From: Eledone cirrhosa
Lineage: Eukaryota
Direction: 5' to 3'
Assembly: GCA_964016885.1 (NCBI GenBank)
Contig: OZ024744.1
Location: forward strand, 83,080,001 to 83,144,000
Length of the DNA stretch: 64,000 nucleotides
Shown: positions 48,376 to 62,760 of the stretch, in pieces
Layout of the letters: each line of letters begins with the position of its first letter
Numbering within the stretch: position 1 is the stretch's first letter
Notes under the pieces: generated by a model
The model's database searches: none
The model's input: the letters and a program-made list of their open reading frames with translations, nothing else
Told to the model about the DNA's origin: nothing
Position numbers and translations under genes: made by a program

Positions 48376-50050
48376 TTAGTTAACTATTACCCTTCATTTT
48401 TATGGTGTATTCTCACGTCAAAGGGAGGAACCCCTATTAATATACAGGCGAATCTCTTTTATAACTTCGGAACTAAATTTTCTCGGGACTCTCTGTTATA
48501 TTTTAGTTAATCGATATGAAATTATGAAAGAATATAAAGAAAAATAAAGGAAAAATTAATCTATGAAAACTATATAAACTTCATTATTAATGAGTAAATG
48601 ATTATCACACACGATATCGGTCGTATACAATCATTAACTCTATATTTGCAATTAACACATGAATATTAATTAACTGAGACTGAAAACAAATGTACCATAT
48701 ACACACTGCTACACAGAACAGTTAGTATTCACTGCCATTCACACACACACATATATATATATATCAACAAGGTGTTTAAAAAAATTTATATCTGTGGCCT
48801 GTTCCCAAGGTTGTCACATTAAAATATATATTGTGAATTAGTGTTATAATATTGACAAATTTTGAGGAATAAAAATTGTGCTTCTGAACAAATGTAATAC
48901 ATTTATTACTACAGTTTATAAGCCCTGCTATGAGAAACATTGTGTTATTTTTTGTACTTATAAATATCTAAGAGGTTGCCTTTATATATTTCAGGCTTAG
49001 TTGGCTGTTGATCAGAAGATAGGTAAGCATAACCACGAAGATAAACAGCAACTACGATCTAACTAAAATGGCCAGCCTAATTTGTAAATTTATTCCAATA
49101 ATCAGTTGAATCGTTGCAAAGTTAAATTTAGCGACAGAGTACCCAGCTATTCTAGTTTCAAGCCATCTATTAGTAAGAAAATAAAGGATTTTAGAATATC
49201 ACACCCAACAAATCATTTTACAACATGTCGTCTGCAAATCAAGCAAGTATAATTCAAATAAACCACACACAGAAATAAATAACTAAAGACATAGAAATAT
49301 TGGTAGCTAGTAATGTTAAACGTTAAAATGTGCATTGTGAAAGTCACACCAAAAAGGAACACATTTCTCATTTTCATTTCGACCCATCGGGAAAATGTTT
49401 ACCTATTTCCATAATATTATCTATTTATTAGCACAATAATAGCCATTTGTTAAGACAATAACAACCATTTGCTAATATCTAACTTCTAGTTCTTAATGCA
49501 TGACGCAATGATACCAACCTACTGAACAGGAGTGATAATCTCACTATTAACATGACAATCTCGATATATAACATGATAGCTTCGATAAGATTCGTAAGAT
49601 CGGTCTTCAAGAACATCTCTCTCATTAATATATGCAAGAGTAATGTAAGGAACGAATGATATTGTTTCATACATTTATTATTAACACTGATTAATGGCAT
49701 ATCATACTACTTCATAAAATATACATATGTTAGAATATTATGGGCTTCTGCAATAGATCGCGTTTAATTTCACATCGTATCATAAACCAATATATCGTTC
49801 TGTTACCGCATCGCTGTATGTATTCTGTTACATCATTCCGAGAAATAAATGTTATCGCAATAAGTGTTTAGAAAGTTCTTGATAAGCGCCGTGTTGAATT
49901 ATGGTATACTAACGACTTCGTCAGTATTTAGCTGAACGCACAAACTCGCATGCACACATACTCGCGCTCATATGTATGTAAATATATATATATGAATTTG
50001 TATATGTGTGTACATACACACACACACACACATACACACACACACATATA

Positions 50051-50117
<67 letters not shown>

Positions 50118-50121
<4 letters not shown>

Positions 50122-50304
50122 GTTTCTACTATTGGCACAAGGCCAGAAAATTACCCAGTACATTACTGGTACTTTATTTTATCGACCCCGTAAGGATGAA
50201 AGGCAAAGTTAACCTCGGCGGGATTTGAACTCAGAATGGCAAGGGCCGTAACTCTATGCGTCAAAGCATGGCGTCCGAACCTCTACCGATACTGCCAACC
50301 CACC
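50118..50304 (-). mobile_element. tRNA-derived SINE (family 1), full length
   Basis: A and B boxes; near-identical to 51096-51304 in opposite orientation. Confidence 0.92.
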
Positions 50305-51095
50305 GGTATATATATATAATGTAGGATAACAAGGTATCGTTTAAGGTAATCCAGCTAGAGGTTATGAGTACTCTGTGTTGAGGATAGTTTTAACGTACGG
50401 CGTTGTTTGACTTAACAAGAAGTTTCCTTAATCAGGATGTGACCAGTTTAAGAGAGTTCCGTTTAGGTGGTTCTTGGTGTAATAATAGTAAAAGAATGAA
50501 GAATAACATGGTCGGCAGTACAAAATGGGTTTATTTACAGTATTAACAATTGTTTCATCAATCAGGTTAGTCTAAAAGCCGCTGATCGACAGAAATTATA
50601 TCACTCGACCTTAATTACATTGTTTGCCTGATCAAATCATTGAAATACTGAGGTATTTCGATGAATATAATTCGTTTAATATAATCTTGTTTGGATGAAG
50701 GGTTGGTGAAGAAATTTAGGAGGCGGAAACTGCAGGAGTCGTCGTGTGTATGTATATATATATATATATAGGTGTATGGTTACAAGAAAAATTGCGTCCG
50801 TAGGCGGTATGCCGGTTGAGCACTCTATGCTTGCGCAGAACAGGGTATAATACTATTAGAATAAAGGTACAATGATTCGGTGTTGCATCATAACATATTA
50901 CATATATTTCACTATCGATCAGCTCGAGGAACTCCTTATTATTGATCATATACATTCAAAAGCTAATAAGTCAGAAACTAGTTCATCGTTCCTTTGTCAG
51001 TGTTGAACAAAATGGCAACGATGGTAGCCGAACACTGTACGGCTAATAATTCGGGCTGTTTGTTTACAAACAAACCCAACATTATAATAAATGTT

Positions 51096-51304
51096 CGGTG
51101 GATTGGCAGTATCGGTAGAGGGTCGGACGCCATGCTTTCCAGCATAGTTACGTCCCTTTACGATCTGAGTTCAAATCCCGCCGAGGTTGACTTTGCCTTT
51201 CATCCTTACGGGGTCGATAAAATAAAGTACCAGTAATGCACTGGGTAATTGCTGGCCTTGTGCCAAAAGTAGAAACAATTATTATTAATATTATTATTAT
51301 TATT
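51096..51304 (+). mobile_element. tRNA-derived SINE (family 1), full length with (ATT)n tail
   Basis: TGGCAGTATCGG A box, GAGTTCAAATCC B box, 3' ggccttgtgccaaaagtagaaacaatt(att)n. Confidence 0.93.
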
Positions 51305-51397
51305 CTCTACATTCCTTATATCAAACTAAAATATGTTGACTATCTTTTAATAATGTCTTCCTTGTGAAATTTGTGGTCTTGTTTTGCTTAACTAATG

Positions 51398-51521
<124 letters not shown>

Positions 51522-51622
51522 TAGATAGGTAAATAATCACGGGTGTGTATGATTGTGTATAGAAGATTATATTAATAAGAGGAATTCCAACTTTGTCTGA
51601 TTTACTCGTTTTATTTACAATC

Positions 51623-51680
<58 letters not shown>

Positions 51681-51687
51681 ATAATCC

Positions 51688-51722
<35 letters not shown>

Positions 51723-51935
51723 ATATATAGTAATAATAATAAATTTGAAGACTAAAATCCAAAGAGGCCTCGATAAGGATAAATATATATCAAATATATA
51801 AGAACCGTAGAGCAACTTTTTTTGAAATATTCACTTCTGCGATAACAGATTGACTTTGTTAATTTCAGAAGATCCCGTTATGGGTGAAAGCACTGATTCT
51901 TTGCTTAAACTTTAATCTGTTATTTTAATAAATAT

Positions 51936-52220
<285 letters not shown>

Positions 52221-52252
52221 TATATATATATTTATGTTATATATATATATAC

Positions 52253-52324
<72 letters not shown>

Positions 52325-52613
52325 TCTGTGTTTGTGTCTGTGTGTCTGTTTATAATTGTTTTGTGGGTAATGTATGTCATAAGCAGGAGTCTAAAGTTTG
52401 ATAGAAACGATAACACTGCTTATAAACGAGATATAAAATATTTGAACATTAAGAAAAACAACGCCAGACGAAAGACATAAATTATGGATCTCATAAATGT
52501 ATTTTTTATTTCCAATAAATTGCTACAGAAGAAATTCCAGACGTCATCAAAATAACCATATATATATAAAAGCAAAATAATATATATATATATATAAATA
52601 CATATACCACCAA

Positions 52614-52676
<63 letters not shown>

Positions 52677-52867
52677 AATATATTTATATATTTACCTATA
52701 TTCATATATCACCAAAATAACCATATATATTTATATATTAGAAAGTGCTTTTTTTTTATTACAGAATGAAAAAAAACGAGGTGTCCTACACGAGTGAAAG
52801 TATAAGGAAAAAAGATGAAATCGAAAATGCAGCTGGAGTCTTTTTTTTTTTAAATATATTTATTTGG

Positions 52868-52911
52868 TTCCTTTACCGGTTTCGCATTTCTTGTGCTTTT
52901 CAAAAGTAGAA
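52868..52911 (-). ncRNA. Candidate minimal hammerhead ribozyme, U3-A8 core variant
   Basis: ttctactt-TTGAAAA-gca[caagaaa]tgc-GAAA-ccgg-TA-aaggaa followed by aataaa. Confidence 0.55.
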
Positions 52912-53219
52912 TTGAGATGAAGGGTTTCTGGTTTTTCTCACATGTATATCAAAGGATGAAACGGAGTTAAAGACTCGCGTTAATCTCCTGTAATTTAATG
53001 AGCTCAAGGATTAAGTTCCGGACTCTTCATAATACAGTATATAGAGAAGAGATCATAAAAAGTGCTATATTATAAAGGTAGGTTTGTACATTTTAATTTA
53101 CCTTTTAATTATTTTGTATTTTCCACACTTTTTGTAGACTGGTTCTCTACCCCTCGTAATTGAAAACATACCATTTTTTGTGTGTTTTCTTCTCTATATA
53201 CTGTATACATACACACACA

Positions 53220-53353
<134 letters not shown>

Positions 53354-54036
53354 TATATGTGCATATATAATTCGGTGGGATAAGATGTTAGTTCATGTTA
53401 GTGACAAGCCTAACAGTAACGATGATATGATAATCATTACGACGGTTACGATGAAAATGATGATAATTAAGGCGACGTTAGTGATGATTATGACAATATT
53501 ATTGATGATGATGATGATAATGATAGGGATGATGGTGATAGTGGCGTTGGTGGTCGTTACTTGTGGTGTTGGTAGTGGTAATGGTGGTAATAGTGTTGTT
53601 GTGTGAAATGTTAAGGTTATAAGAGAGAAAAATCAAAATGGAAACACTATAAAAATTGTCCTCTCTTTACAAAACGTTATGATACCACTCCTAATGTTTT
53701 CTGAGAGGTCATGCTGGGATTGTCGACGAGGGAGACCATTATATAGTCTTTTACGCAGCCACAAGTTCCAGTTAGTAACACATGATCCACATGACAGGTG
53801 AAATGTGTGCGAACACGGAAGAGCCAATCTCCCACTGTCATCGCCTCCATTTCTCTGGCCCCCGCCAATCTCTCTGTATTATGAGCAAATGTATGTGTGG
53901 TGTTGGTGTTAGTGCTGGTAGTGGAGCTGCTGATCGGCGTGACTGTGATCCTGGCAGTGATGGAGATGAGGGTGATTTCATTGATGTTGTTGATAGATGG
54001 TGATAAGGATGATAAAGATGATAAAGATATATGAGA

Positions 54037-54037
<1 letters not shown>

Positions 54038-54123
<86 letters not shown>
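54038..54123. repeat. (TAG)n microsatellite
   Basis: Directly visible. Confidence 0.97.
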
Positions 54124-54124
<1 letters not shown>

Positions 54125-54574
54125 TGTAATAGAATCATGATGATCATAATGATTCCGATGATGATGATAATGTAGATGATGATGATAAAGCAGATAAAAT
54201 ACAAGAAGTTGATGAGTGTTTGGTCATGTAAGTCTTACCCATGATATCACTGACGCAATAATAACATGTATGGTAGGCCTAATCTTGGGTTATGAACTTA
54301 ATCCATAGTCTCATGTAATACCCAGCATTTGCGTGATTTTAATCATGATAACACCAGTGTGAATTAGCTTTCAGACCAATGTTTTGTTTTAAGAACAACA
54401 TTCACATTTCATTCCGTTACTCTCTGACGCTCTGAAAGGTAAGGTATCATGGGCGCTGACCGTTCTTCCATGACCAAGGCCCTTCAAAATAGAATATAAT
54501 ATTAATGTTAGCGGTAAAAATCACAAGATCAACGATACCACCACCACCGTAACAACAACAAAAACAACAACAAT

Positions 54575-54793
54575 AATAATAATTTCTACTATAGGCACAA
54601 GGCCAGCAATTTCGGGAGAAGTGAAAGTCGATTAAATCGACCATAGTGCATTACTGGTGCTTTATTTTTTCGACCCTACTGTAAGGATGAAAGGCAAAGC
54701 TAACCTCGGTGGTATTTTAACTCGGAACATAAAGGGCCGGAGCTACATGTCGCAAAGCATATTGGTTGACGCTCAACCGATATGGCCAATCCA
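54575..54793 (-). mobile_element. tRNA-derived SINE (family 1, diverged)
   Basis: tttctactataggcacaaggcc...aaggatgaaaggcaaag shared with other copies. Confidence 0.82.
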
Positions 54794-55626
54794 ACGAAAA
54801 TAGACTTTGTTCCAAAGATTTAACCGCTTCAGTGACCTACCTACAGGGAACAACCCGAATATTGAGAAAGGTTCTGTACTATCAGTAATAATGAAATGAC
54901 AAGAAATTATATGAAAAAGTTGGAGATACTCTTGGTTACTAGTTGTAACCTGGTATTCCATAAAATAAACAGCCCATATCAAAGCTGGTGGTGATAAATA
55001 GTCAAATAATAATAATAGAAAAAATAATAAAATTAATGAAGAAGAAATGACCCGAGGTACACACGGTGTGTGTTAATGGTGAGTTTATGTTCGATTTTTA
55101 TTTTTATTTTGGCGATTTAGTTTACACATTTTCTTCTATAGTTTGGATAAGACCGGATAGATTTCTTTCAGAGGCAGATTGAGCAAATTTCAAAGTATTG
55201 ATTGAGCCAATTTTCAAAGTATTGATGTCATAAGCTACATGTTTTCTAAGAATGGCAAAGAGAAAGATCAAATTAACTGTACTTTAAATAATATCACCAA
55301 CGTTTATATGGAAATTAACTTGACACGATTTGATAGCAGCCCAGCAATTTCAAAGGGAGAGGTGATATTAATTTATTTATTCTATTTCGCCTTGAGCCGA
55401 TCAAAATAAGCAGTGGTAATCAATAAACGAACCACACAAACATCATCACCCTTAACACCAACAAAAATACGATAAAAACAACTCCAACACTATCATCTGT
55501 AATGGAATACACGACACAAACACCATCACTACCACAGTAACATTTAAAAAAAGTAACAATTTCAAGCTACAACATTTTCAACCTCCCCACCACCAGCAAT
55601 GCCACTGCCTTAGTGATAGCCGGATT

Positions 55627-55627
<1 letters not shown>

Positions 55628-55667
<40 letters not shown>

Positions 55668-58600
55668 TTTCTTTATTGACCACAAGGGCTGACATCAAGA
55701 AAAACATTACAGACGGCACAGGACGGTACAGGACGGTACGATGTGGGTTTTGTGCGTGTAAATATTTTTATTATTTATATAAGAAAATAAAAAAGAGGAC
55801 ATAGAAACATATATATATATAAACAATGAAAATGAAAATTGAAACAATAAAAAATTCCCCAATAGGGGGGAAACCTCCGAGGGTTACTCGTGGCGAAGAC
55901 CACACAAAAGACCACGGCCACCCTGACCACCAGGGCAAGCGCCCTCTCTCAATTTTTCCATTTCTCAAACTACAGACGTATATTCAGAGCTGTCCCGTTC
56001 ACTCGGACCATTCTCGCTACATTCACCCACCTTTCAACAGACTTGCTAGAAAGCAGCACTTGCCTCTCCACCCTGATTTTCCTCTTCAAGTGAAACTTGA
56101 AAAAGTTAATTAGGGATTCGCAGAAGAGGAAAGTGTCTGTCTTTAACCCTTGTAACCTTGTCCACCACACAATCTCTTTCGCCATGGCCACCAGGCAGAT
56201 GAAAACCGCCTGCTCTTCCTCCTCGAAGGAAGACGGCGAGACCATCTGCACAATGGATTCAGTCTATACGCGACAGCAACTGTTCGACATAGCTCCACAA
56301 GTCAGCAATGCTCGGGCACTGAACGAGTGCGTGCACGACGGTTTCGTCGCTCTGCGCGCATCTTGGACAGGCTCGGCTGACGGCACTCTTCCGGGCCTGT
56401 AGAGCTCATCTCGAACCGGCAGCGCTCCCCGGTAGTACTGCCAGGCCAGGGATTTTTGGAAGTTATCCATAGGCCCTGGGTTGAAAGTTCTCAGTAAGAG
56501 AGCAGACAGCTGATCTTCTTCGACGCCCAGGATCTCTCCGAGAACGTCGTCGCTCTTCCCCTCCACTAGTCCTCTATAGAACCCCGAGGTGGATGTTCCA
56601 CCAATACTTGTGCCCAGCTGGCAGAGGGCAGTGAGCGCCTGGAGACATTCCAGTTTCCAAGCGCTATCCCTCGGTCTTTTTCTGACCCAGGATTGCAGCT
56701 CCGTCAAGGAGACGAGCTGTGGGAAAAGGTACCTGGCGAACGGCGACCACACCTGTTCACCGTCAAGGAAGCACCAGAGATGTCGCAGCCTCAGCGCATG
56801 TTTGCGCATCATCAGCCATGGCATACCCAGTCCTCCATGCAACGGGTGCTGACAGCAGATGGATAGTCTGACCATGGGAGCGCGTCCCTTCCACAAAAAG
56901 CAGAAGAGGAGGCGCTCCATTTTTGTGAGAGTTGGGCTGGAAAAAGGGACGACGGTGAGGCGGTAGCAGATGACTGATGCGATGTACGCATTCGCCACCT
57001 CCGCCCGGCCTTTCAGGGACAGATTCCTCTAGGTCCATTTCTGGGTGAGGGAGACCACCTTGCTCGTTACCTCGCTCCAGTTTTTCTTCATCTGGAGGTC
57101 CGGTCCGAACCAGACCCCGAGCAATTTAACCGGTCAGTCAGTCCAACGCCCCAAGATGCTGTCGGACGGTATGGACTTGCCTCTCCAGGTGCCGAGCTGC
57201 AACTCACCGAACTTTCGTGGTTTATCTTGGATTTCCCGCATCCTAGTTCGCGTGGGACGCCCCTCGTCGCCGCCAGTTTGTGCAGTAACGGCTCGAGAGC
57301 CAATACCTACAAGAGGGACGAGAGGGGACAACCCTGGCGGACTGAGCGCATGATGCTGAACGGTTGCGACAGGTGACCGTTCAACCTCACAACTGAGCAG
57401 ATATCGCTGTACATCGCTGCGATCCAACCCTGAAAACGTGCCCGAAACCGGCTGCCTCGAGGACCGCCGCCAGGTACCGATGGTCGACCCTATCGAATGC
57501 TTTGGATTGATCCAAGTTGATCAGGGACTCACCCGTGACAGGTTCCTTAACCACCCTCTCTATGATGTATCGCATGAGGTGTAGGTTGTCGTGTATGGAT
57601 CTGTCCGAAATGGCGCATGTCTGCGCCTCTCCCATCAGACCCTTGACGACAAGCGCCAACCTCGTTGCTAACACCTTGGCCAAAATCTTGAACTCTGCGT
57701 TAAGCAGAGTTATGGGCCTGAAATTATCGATAACATCCCCCTTGTTCGGGTCTTTTCTCAGCAGCGCCACCACTCCCCGGCTCACAAAACTGGGAATGCT
57801 CCCGTTCTGCTGCCAGTTGTAGTAGACGTCTGCCAAGATGTCACCGAACAAGTCTGGCATAAATGCATAAAGCTCGTTGGGCAGACCATCCAAACCTGGC
57901 GATTTACCCCTCGTGCAGTTAGCCATCGCTTCCCATATTTCACCGGCTGTTATTGGCTTTTCGCAACCCTGTGCAGCGGTCGTCGAGAGCCGAGGCAGTT
58001 CGTCGAGATATGCACTGAAGTCCATGCCCCTATCCGGGCCGCCGCTGCTCCCTAAAAGTTCAGTAAAGTGCTGCTGAAAAGCTTCCCACATCCGCTCGGG
58101 TTCGAGCATCACGCACGTGTTTTGGTCAGACAAAGACCGAATTGTGGCTTTGTTGCCACGTCGCGCCACTGCCACCCGGGCCCATTGGACGGCTTTTGTC
58201 CCCTCGTATTGCAGAGCACGCGCTCTAGCTCTGACAACGCAGCCTTCGTGTTTTGAGTTGAAGAATTGGTCGAGTGCCAATCTCGCCGCAAGCACGTCGG
58301 TTGCGATGCCTGTCCTAAACAGCTCTTCTAGCTTTCTGACTAGCTCTCCCTCTACTCTATTTTCCTCTATCACTACTCCTTGCTAAACCTAATCGACTTT
58401 ACTTTAATTGCCCTTTTCAGGGCGAACCACCACCTGTTGTTGACGACGGCTCCCGTCAACGCCCGCTTAACTAATACGCTAATCCGGTCTCTGTAGGCTT
58501 GTGGGCCGAGAAAGACGTGTTCAGCTTCCAGTAACCGGGCCCTTGTCTATGAAGTCTGTCTATGTCGATCTCACAGATCACAAATTTGTGGTCTGTGTAG

Positions 58601-61466
58601 TCGACTATTTTAAATCGTGGACAACTTATACTAGCCTTATCTAGTTCTCTGCAGAATACTCTATCGTGATACGATCTGGATGACCCGATGCGGTTTGTCC
58701 ATGTCTACATTGGCACATTCGGGTGATCCAGTCGATACCTGTCAGACAGTTCAAAACGTCTGAGCAGGTTGGTGAGGCTCTTGCACCCTCCTCCCCTATC
58801 CCCACACAATCCCAGCGTGCATCCAAGATACCGTTCCAGTCGCCCACTAACACTAAAGAGTGGGACGTTCCAAGAAAGGTCTCTAGACGTCTGAAGAAAT
58901 CTGGCCGTCCAGGGGCGTAGACGGCTACTAGCCTGAAAGTATTGCCTTCGCTGCCGGTCACGTCCAGCACCACCGACTTACCTTCTGGGTCTAGGAAGAT
59001 GGCCCGTAATGCAAGATACAAGCCTCTCCGAAAAAGGACGGCAAACTCTCCCCCCGATCCTGGACGGCTGGGAGATGCGTATACATCGTAACCGCCGAAG
59101 ATCGGTGCGAAGGCCCGTGCCTCGGAGATTCTGGTCTCATTGATGGCCACCACATCTATGTTTAGTGACCTGTGGTCGCTGAGCAGGTGACCCTGCTTCC
59201 AAGATGACCCCAGGCCACGTGCATTTATACTGCCTATTCTGAGTACGGCCATGTTGGATGAGAAACGGGGGAAGTGAGAAAGGGTCACTTACCTTGATCG
59301 TGTGGTGAAGGGACAGTAGAAACGTCCCTTTGGCTGGTCATGGGTGATTCCAATAGGGTGTCAGTGTATATCCTCTTGGTAACCGACCCTCCGAAGTCTC
59401 CAACTGCTTTGGAGAATTTTTGTTTTAAAGGTTTGTACTGTTCTATTGAGATTTCAATGATGCTTATGTTTGTCGGAGAGTTCTTGGTGTTGGTGGGGTG
59501 TAGTAGTTTTTTTCTCTCATGTCTGTGTGCTGCTTTATATATTGTAGGAATTCTTTTTTTGCTATGTTTATGGCTGTGTACTTTTTGGTGGGAGGGGTGA
59601 TTTTGTTACTGTTTTCTTCTTGTTGCTGTTTGGTATGTGTGTTTTGTTTTGTTTGCGTTGTTGGTGTTTTTGGTGATGCTGGTGGTGGTGTGGTTGTTGT
59701 TGGCGGTGGTGCTTGTGGTGGTGATGGTGATGGTGGTGGTGTTGCTGAAAGTTTCCTTGCTGCCTTTACCCCACTTTGTGTGCCTTCGCTTTGGAGGGTG
59801 AATCTAAGGGTATTTTCTTTTTAGTTTTTTTGTGGCAGACCGTTTGCCACTTCGCTCCCGCCTCAAACTCCATGTCGGATTCCGTGGCGTCTGGGAGGAC
59901 TATATGCTCCACGGCTGTTGGTGGTGGTAGTGGAGCCCTCTTCGGCAATTTTGTTGCTGGTGTAGCTACTTCAAATGTAGCTATTGGTGTCGCCACCACT
60001 GATGCTGCTGCTTTAGTTGTCCGTGGCCTTGGTACAGGTGCCACGGACGTTGCCATCCTACTCACCGTGGAAGGGGCTTCTGCGTTTGTTGTCTGCCCTG
60101 CTGTTGGTAGCAGCGGACCATGTATTGGAAAGAGAGGGGCCTTCTTCTTCGCTGTCTTCTGCGGGCAAAAGGCCCTGAGGTGACCCTTCGACCCACAGAG
60201 ATAACATTTTGGCCGTCTTCCTTCTACGCTTATAGGGAGTTGGAGTCATTCCTCGATGTCTATGATATCGAGGATAGCGTCGATACATTCCTGGTCAGTT
60301 TGTATAAGCATTTGCATACCTATACCTGACCAGTTCTCTCTCCCTATTTTCTCTACTTGCAGCATGGTCGTCCTGTCTTCGATTCCAGCAAGGACAGACG
60401 TGGCCAGCCAAGGTATGGGTACGTCGAGTGGGACCTGGGTCATTTTGACCCTCACAATTTTCTGCCCGCAGTAGGAGAGCACCAAGACTATCTCCTCACT
60501 CTTTAGGGTTTCCAAAGAGTGAGACTTTGCTTCCTGGGGGGGTGGCGAAAAGTACGTCTACTGTGGCGTACTTTCTGCCTCGGGTGATGTGGGTTTTGCG
60601 TGCCCAGACGCACCCCAAGGCCTTTGGGATTTGAGCCTCCGTGGCTCTCTCCACCCGATGTGAGATTTTGCTTACGGTGCGGTAAGTCACCGTCCGTAGC
60701 TGCTGGTCCTTGAAAAACTCGGGTGGAGGTTTTAGGGAGACTCTATTGGCGCTTCTTGTCACCATGGCCCTTGCGACTGCCATCTCCTTCTCAGTCACTA
60801 ACACTGTCGCGATATTTCGGGCGACACCTGCAAAAGAAGTGGTCCCTTTTTCAGCAACATCACTATTGCTGCCGCTACTGGTCATACTGGTGGTGCTGGG
60901 TTCGCTGTTACAGGTATCGATGTCATTGTTGATGTTTTCGTTGGTACAGTTGTTGTTGTTGTTGTTGTTTTCGTTGATACTGTTGCTGTTATTACTGTTA
61001 TTGTGGTTGTTGTTATTATTGTTGTTTTTGTTGATACTGTTCCTACTATTATTGTTGTTGTGGCTGTTGTTATTGTCATTGTTATTTTCGTTCTCGACCT
61101 TAACGCTGTTATTTTTGTTATTGTCGTACTCAACTTTACCGCTGTTATTTTTGTTGTTGCTGTTGTTATTGATGGTGTTGTTGTTGGTGTTGTTGTTGGT
61201 GCTATTGTTGGTGTTATTGTTGGTGTTGTTTGTGTTAGAAATATTAGTTAATTTTAAATCTGTAACAATCTTCTTTTCCTTTGTAATATTCTCGTTTATA
61301 TTTACCTCCGCTGGAACGCTGTCTTGTTGAAATGCTGATAAAGTCTCCCTCTCTCTGTGTTGTCTGACAGTGCTCTCTCTGTTTCTTGTGTTATCCATGT
61401 TGAACATTTTTTTTTTTTTTCAAAAAATATTTTTACACAAATACGCCACCCCGTAAAGGGGTGCCG
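55628..61466 (-). mobile_element. Near full-length decayed Tx1/L1-clade LINE, copy D
   Basis: ORF1 from 61407 (poly-Asn, TVTYRTVS, CYLCGSKGHLRAFC); ORF2 ATG 59252 (SINARGL, NETR, GDWNG); KSPGLDG, FRPITLLN, KAFDRVDH; YADD segment deleted near 57230; (ATT)n tail. Confidence 0.94.
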
Positions 61467-62760
61467 TAATAATAATAATAATAATAATGATTTCTTTATT
61501 GGCCACAAAGGCTGACATAAAGAAAAACATTACAGACGGCACAGGACGGTACGGTGTGGGTTTTGTGTGTGTAAAGATTTTTATTATTTATATAGAAAAG
61601 AAAAAAAAAGACAGAAACACACAGATATATATATATAAACAATAAAAAGGAAAATTGAAATAATGAAAAATTCCCCAATAGTGGGGAAAAACTGCGATGG
61701 TTACTCGTGGCGAAAACCACACAAAAGACCACGGCCACCCTGACCACCAGGGCAAGTGCCCTCTCTCAATTTTTCCATTTCTCAAACTACAGACGTATAT
61801 TCAGAGTGGTCCCGTTCACTCGGACCATTTCTCGCTACATTCACCCACCTTTCAACAAACTTGCTAGAAGGCAGCACTTGCCTCTCCACCCTGATTTCCC
61901 TCTTCAAGTGAAACTTGAAAAAGTTAATTAGGGATTGGCCGGAGAGGAAAGTATCTGTCTTTAACCCTTTCAACCTTGTCCACCACACAATCTCTTTCGC
62001 CATGGCTACCAGGCAGATGAAAACCGCCTGCCCTTTGTCCTCGAAGGAAGACGGCGAGACCATGCGCACAATGGAATCAGTCGATAACCGGATCAGTCCC
62101 ACACGCGACAGCAACTGTTCGACATAGCTCCACAAGTCAGCAATGCTCGGGCACTGACGAGTGCGTGCACGACGGTTTCGTCCCTCTGCGCGCGTGTCGG
62201 ACAGGCTCGGCTGACGGCACTTCCGTGCCTGTAGAGCTTATCTCGAACCGGCAACGCTCCCCGGTAGCACTGCCAGGCCAGGGATTTTTGGAAGTTATCC
62301 AGAAGAGAGCAGACAGCTGATCTTCTTCGACGCCCAGACAGCTGATCTTCTTCGTCGCTCTTCCCCTCCACTAGTCCTCTACAGAACGCCGAGGTGGATG
62401 TTCCACCGATACTGGTGCCCAGCTGGCAGAGGGCAGTGAGCGCCTGGAGACATTCCAGTTTCCAAGCGCTATCCCTCGGTCTTTTTCTGACCCAGGACTG
62501 CAGCTCCGTCAAGGAGACGAGCTGTGGGTAAACGTGCCTGGCGAACGGAAACCACACCTGTTCGCCGTCAAGGAAGCACCAGAGATGTCGCAGCCTCAGC
62601 GCAAGTTTTCGCATCAACAGCTATGATATGGCCAGTCCTCGACGTAACGGTTGTTGACAGCAGATGGATCGTCTGACTATGGGAGCGCGTCCTTTCCACA
62701 AAAAGCGGAAGAGGAGGCGCTCCATTTTGGTGAGAGTTGGGCCGGGGCAAGGGACGATGG
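61467..62760 (-). mobile_element. 5'-truncated Tx1-like LINE, copy E, close relative of copy D
   Basis: ALRLRHLWCFLDGEQVW...AMAKEIVWWTRL highly similar to 55970-56950; same 3' UTR and (ATT)n tail. Confidence 0.93.

Noticed and set aside
48995-49022. 28-nt micro-exon with good splice sites
   Set aside because: Stop codons in all three frames and no supporting neighbours
51096-51190. tRNA gene
   Set aside because: A and B boxes are present but there is no cloverleaf, and it continues into a repeated SINE body
55628-61466. Active autonomous LINE
   Set aside because: Multiple frameshifts and stops, and the YADD catalytic segment is deleted
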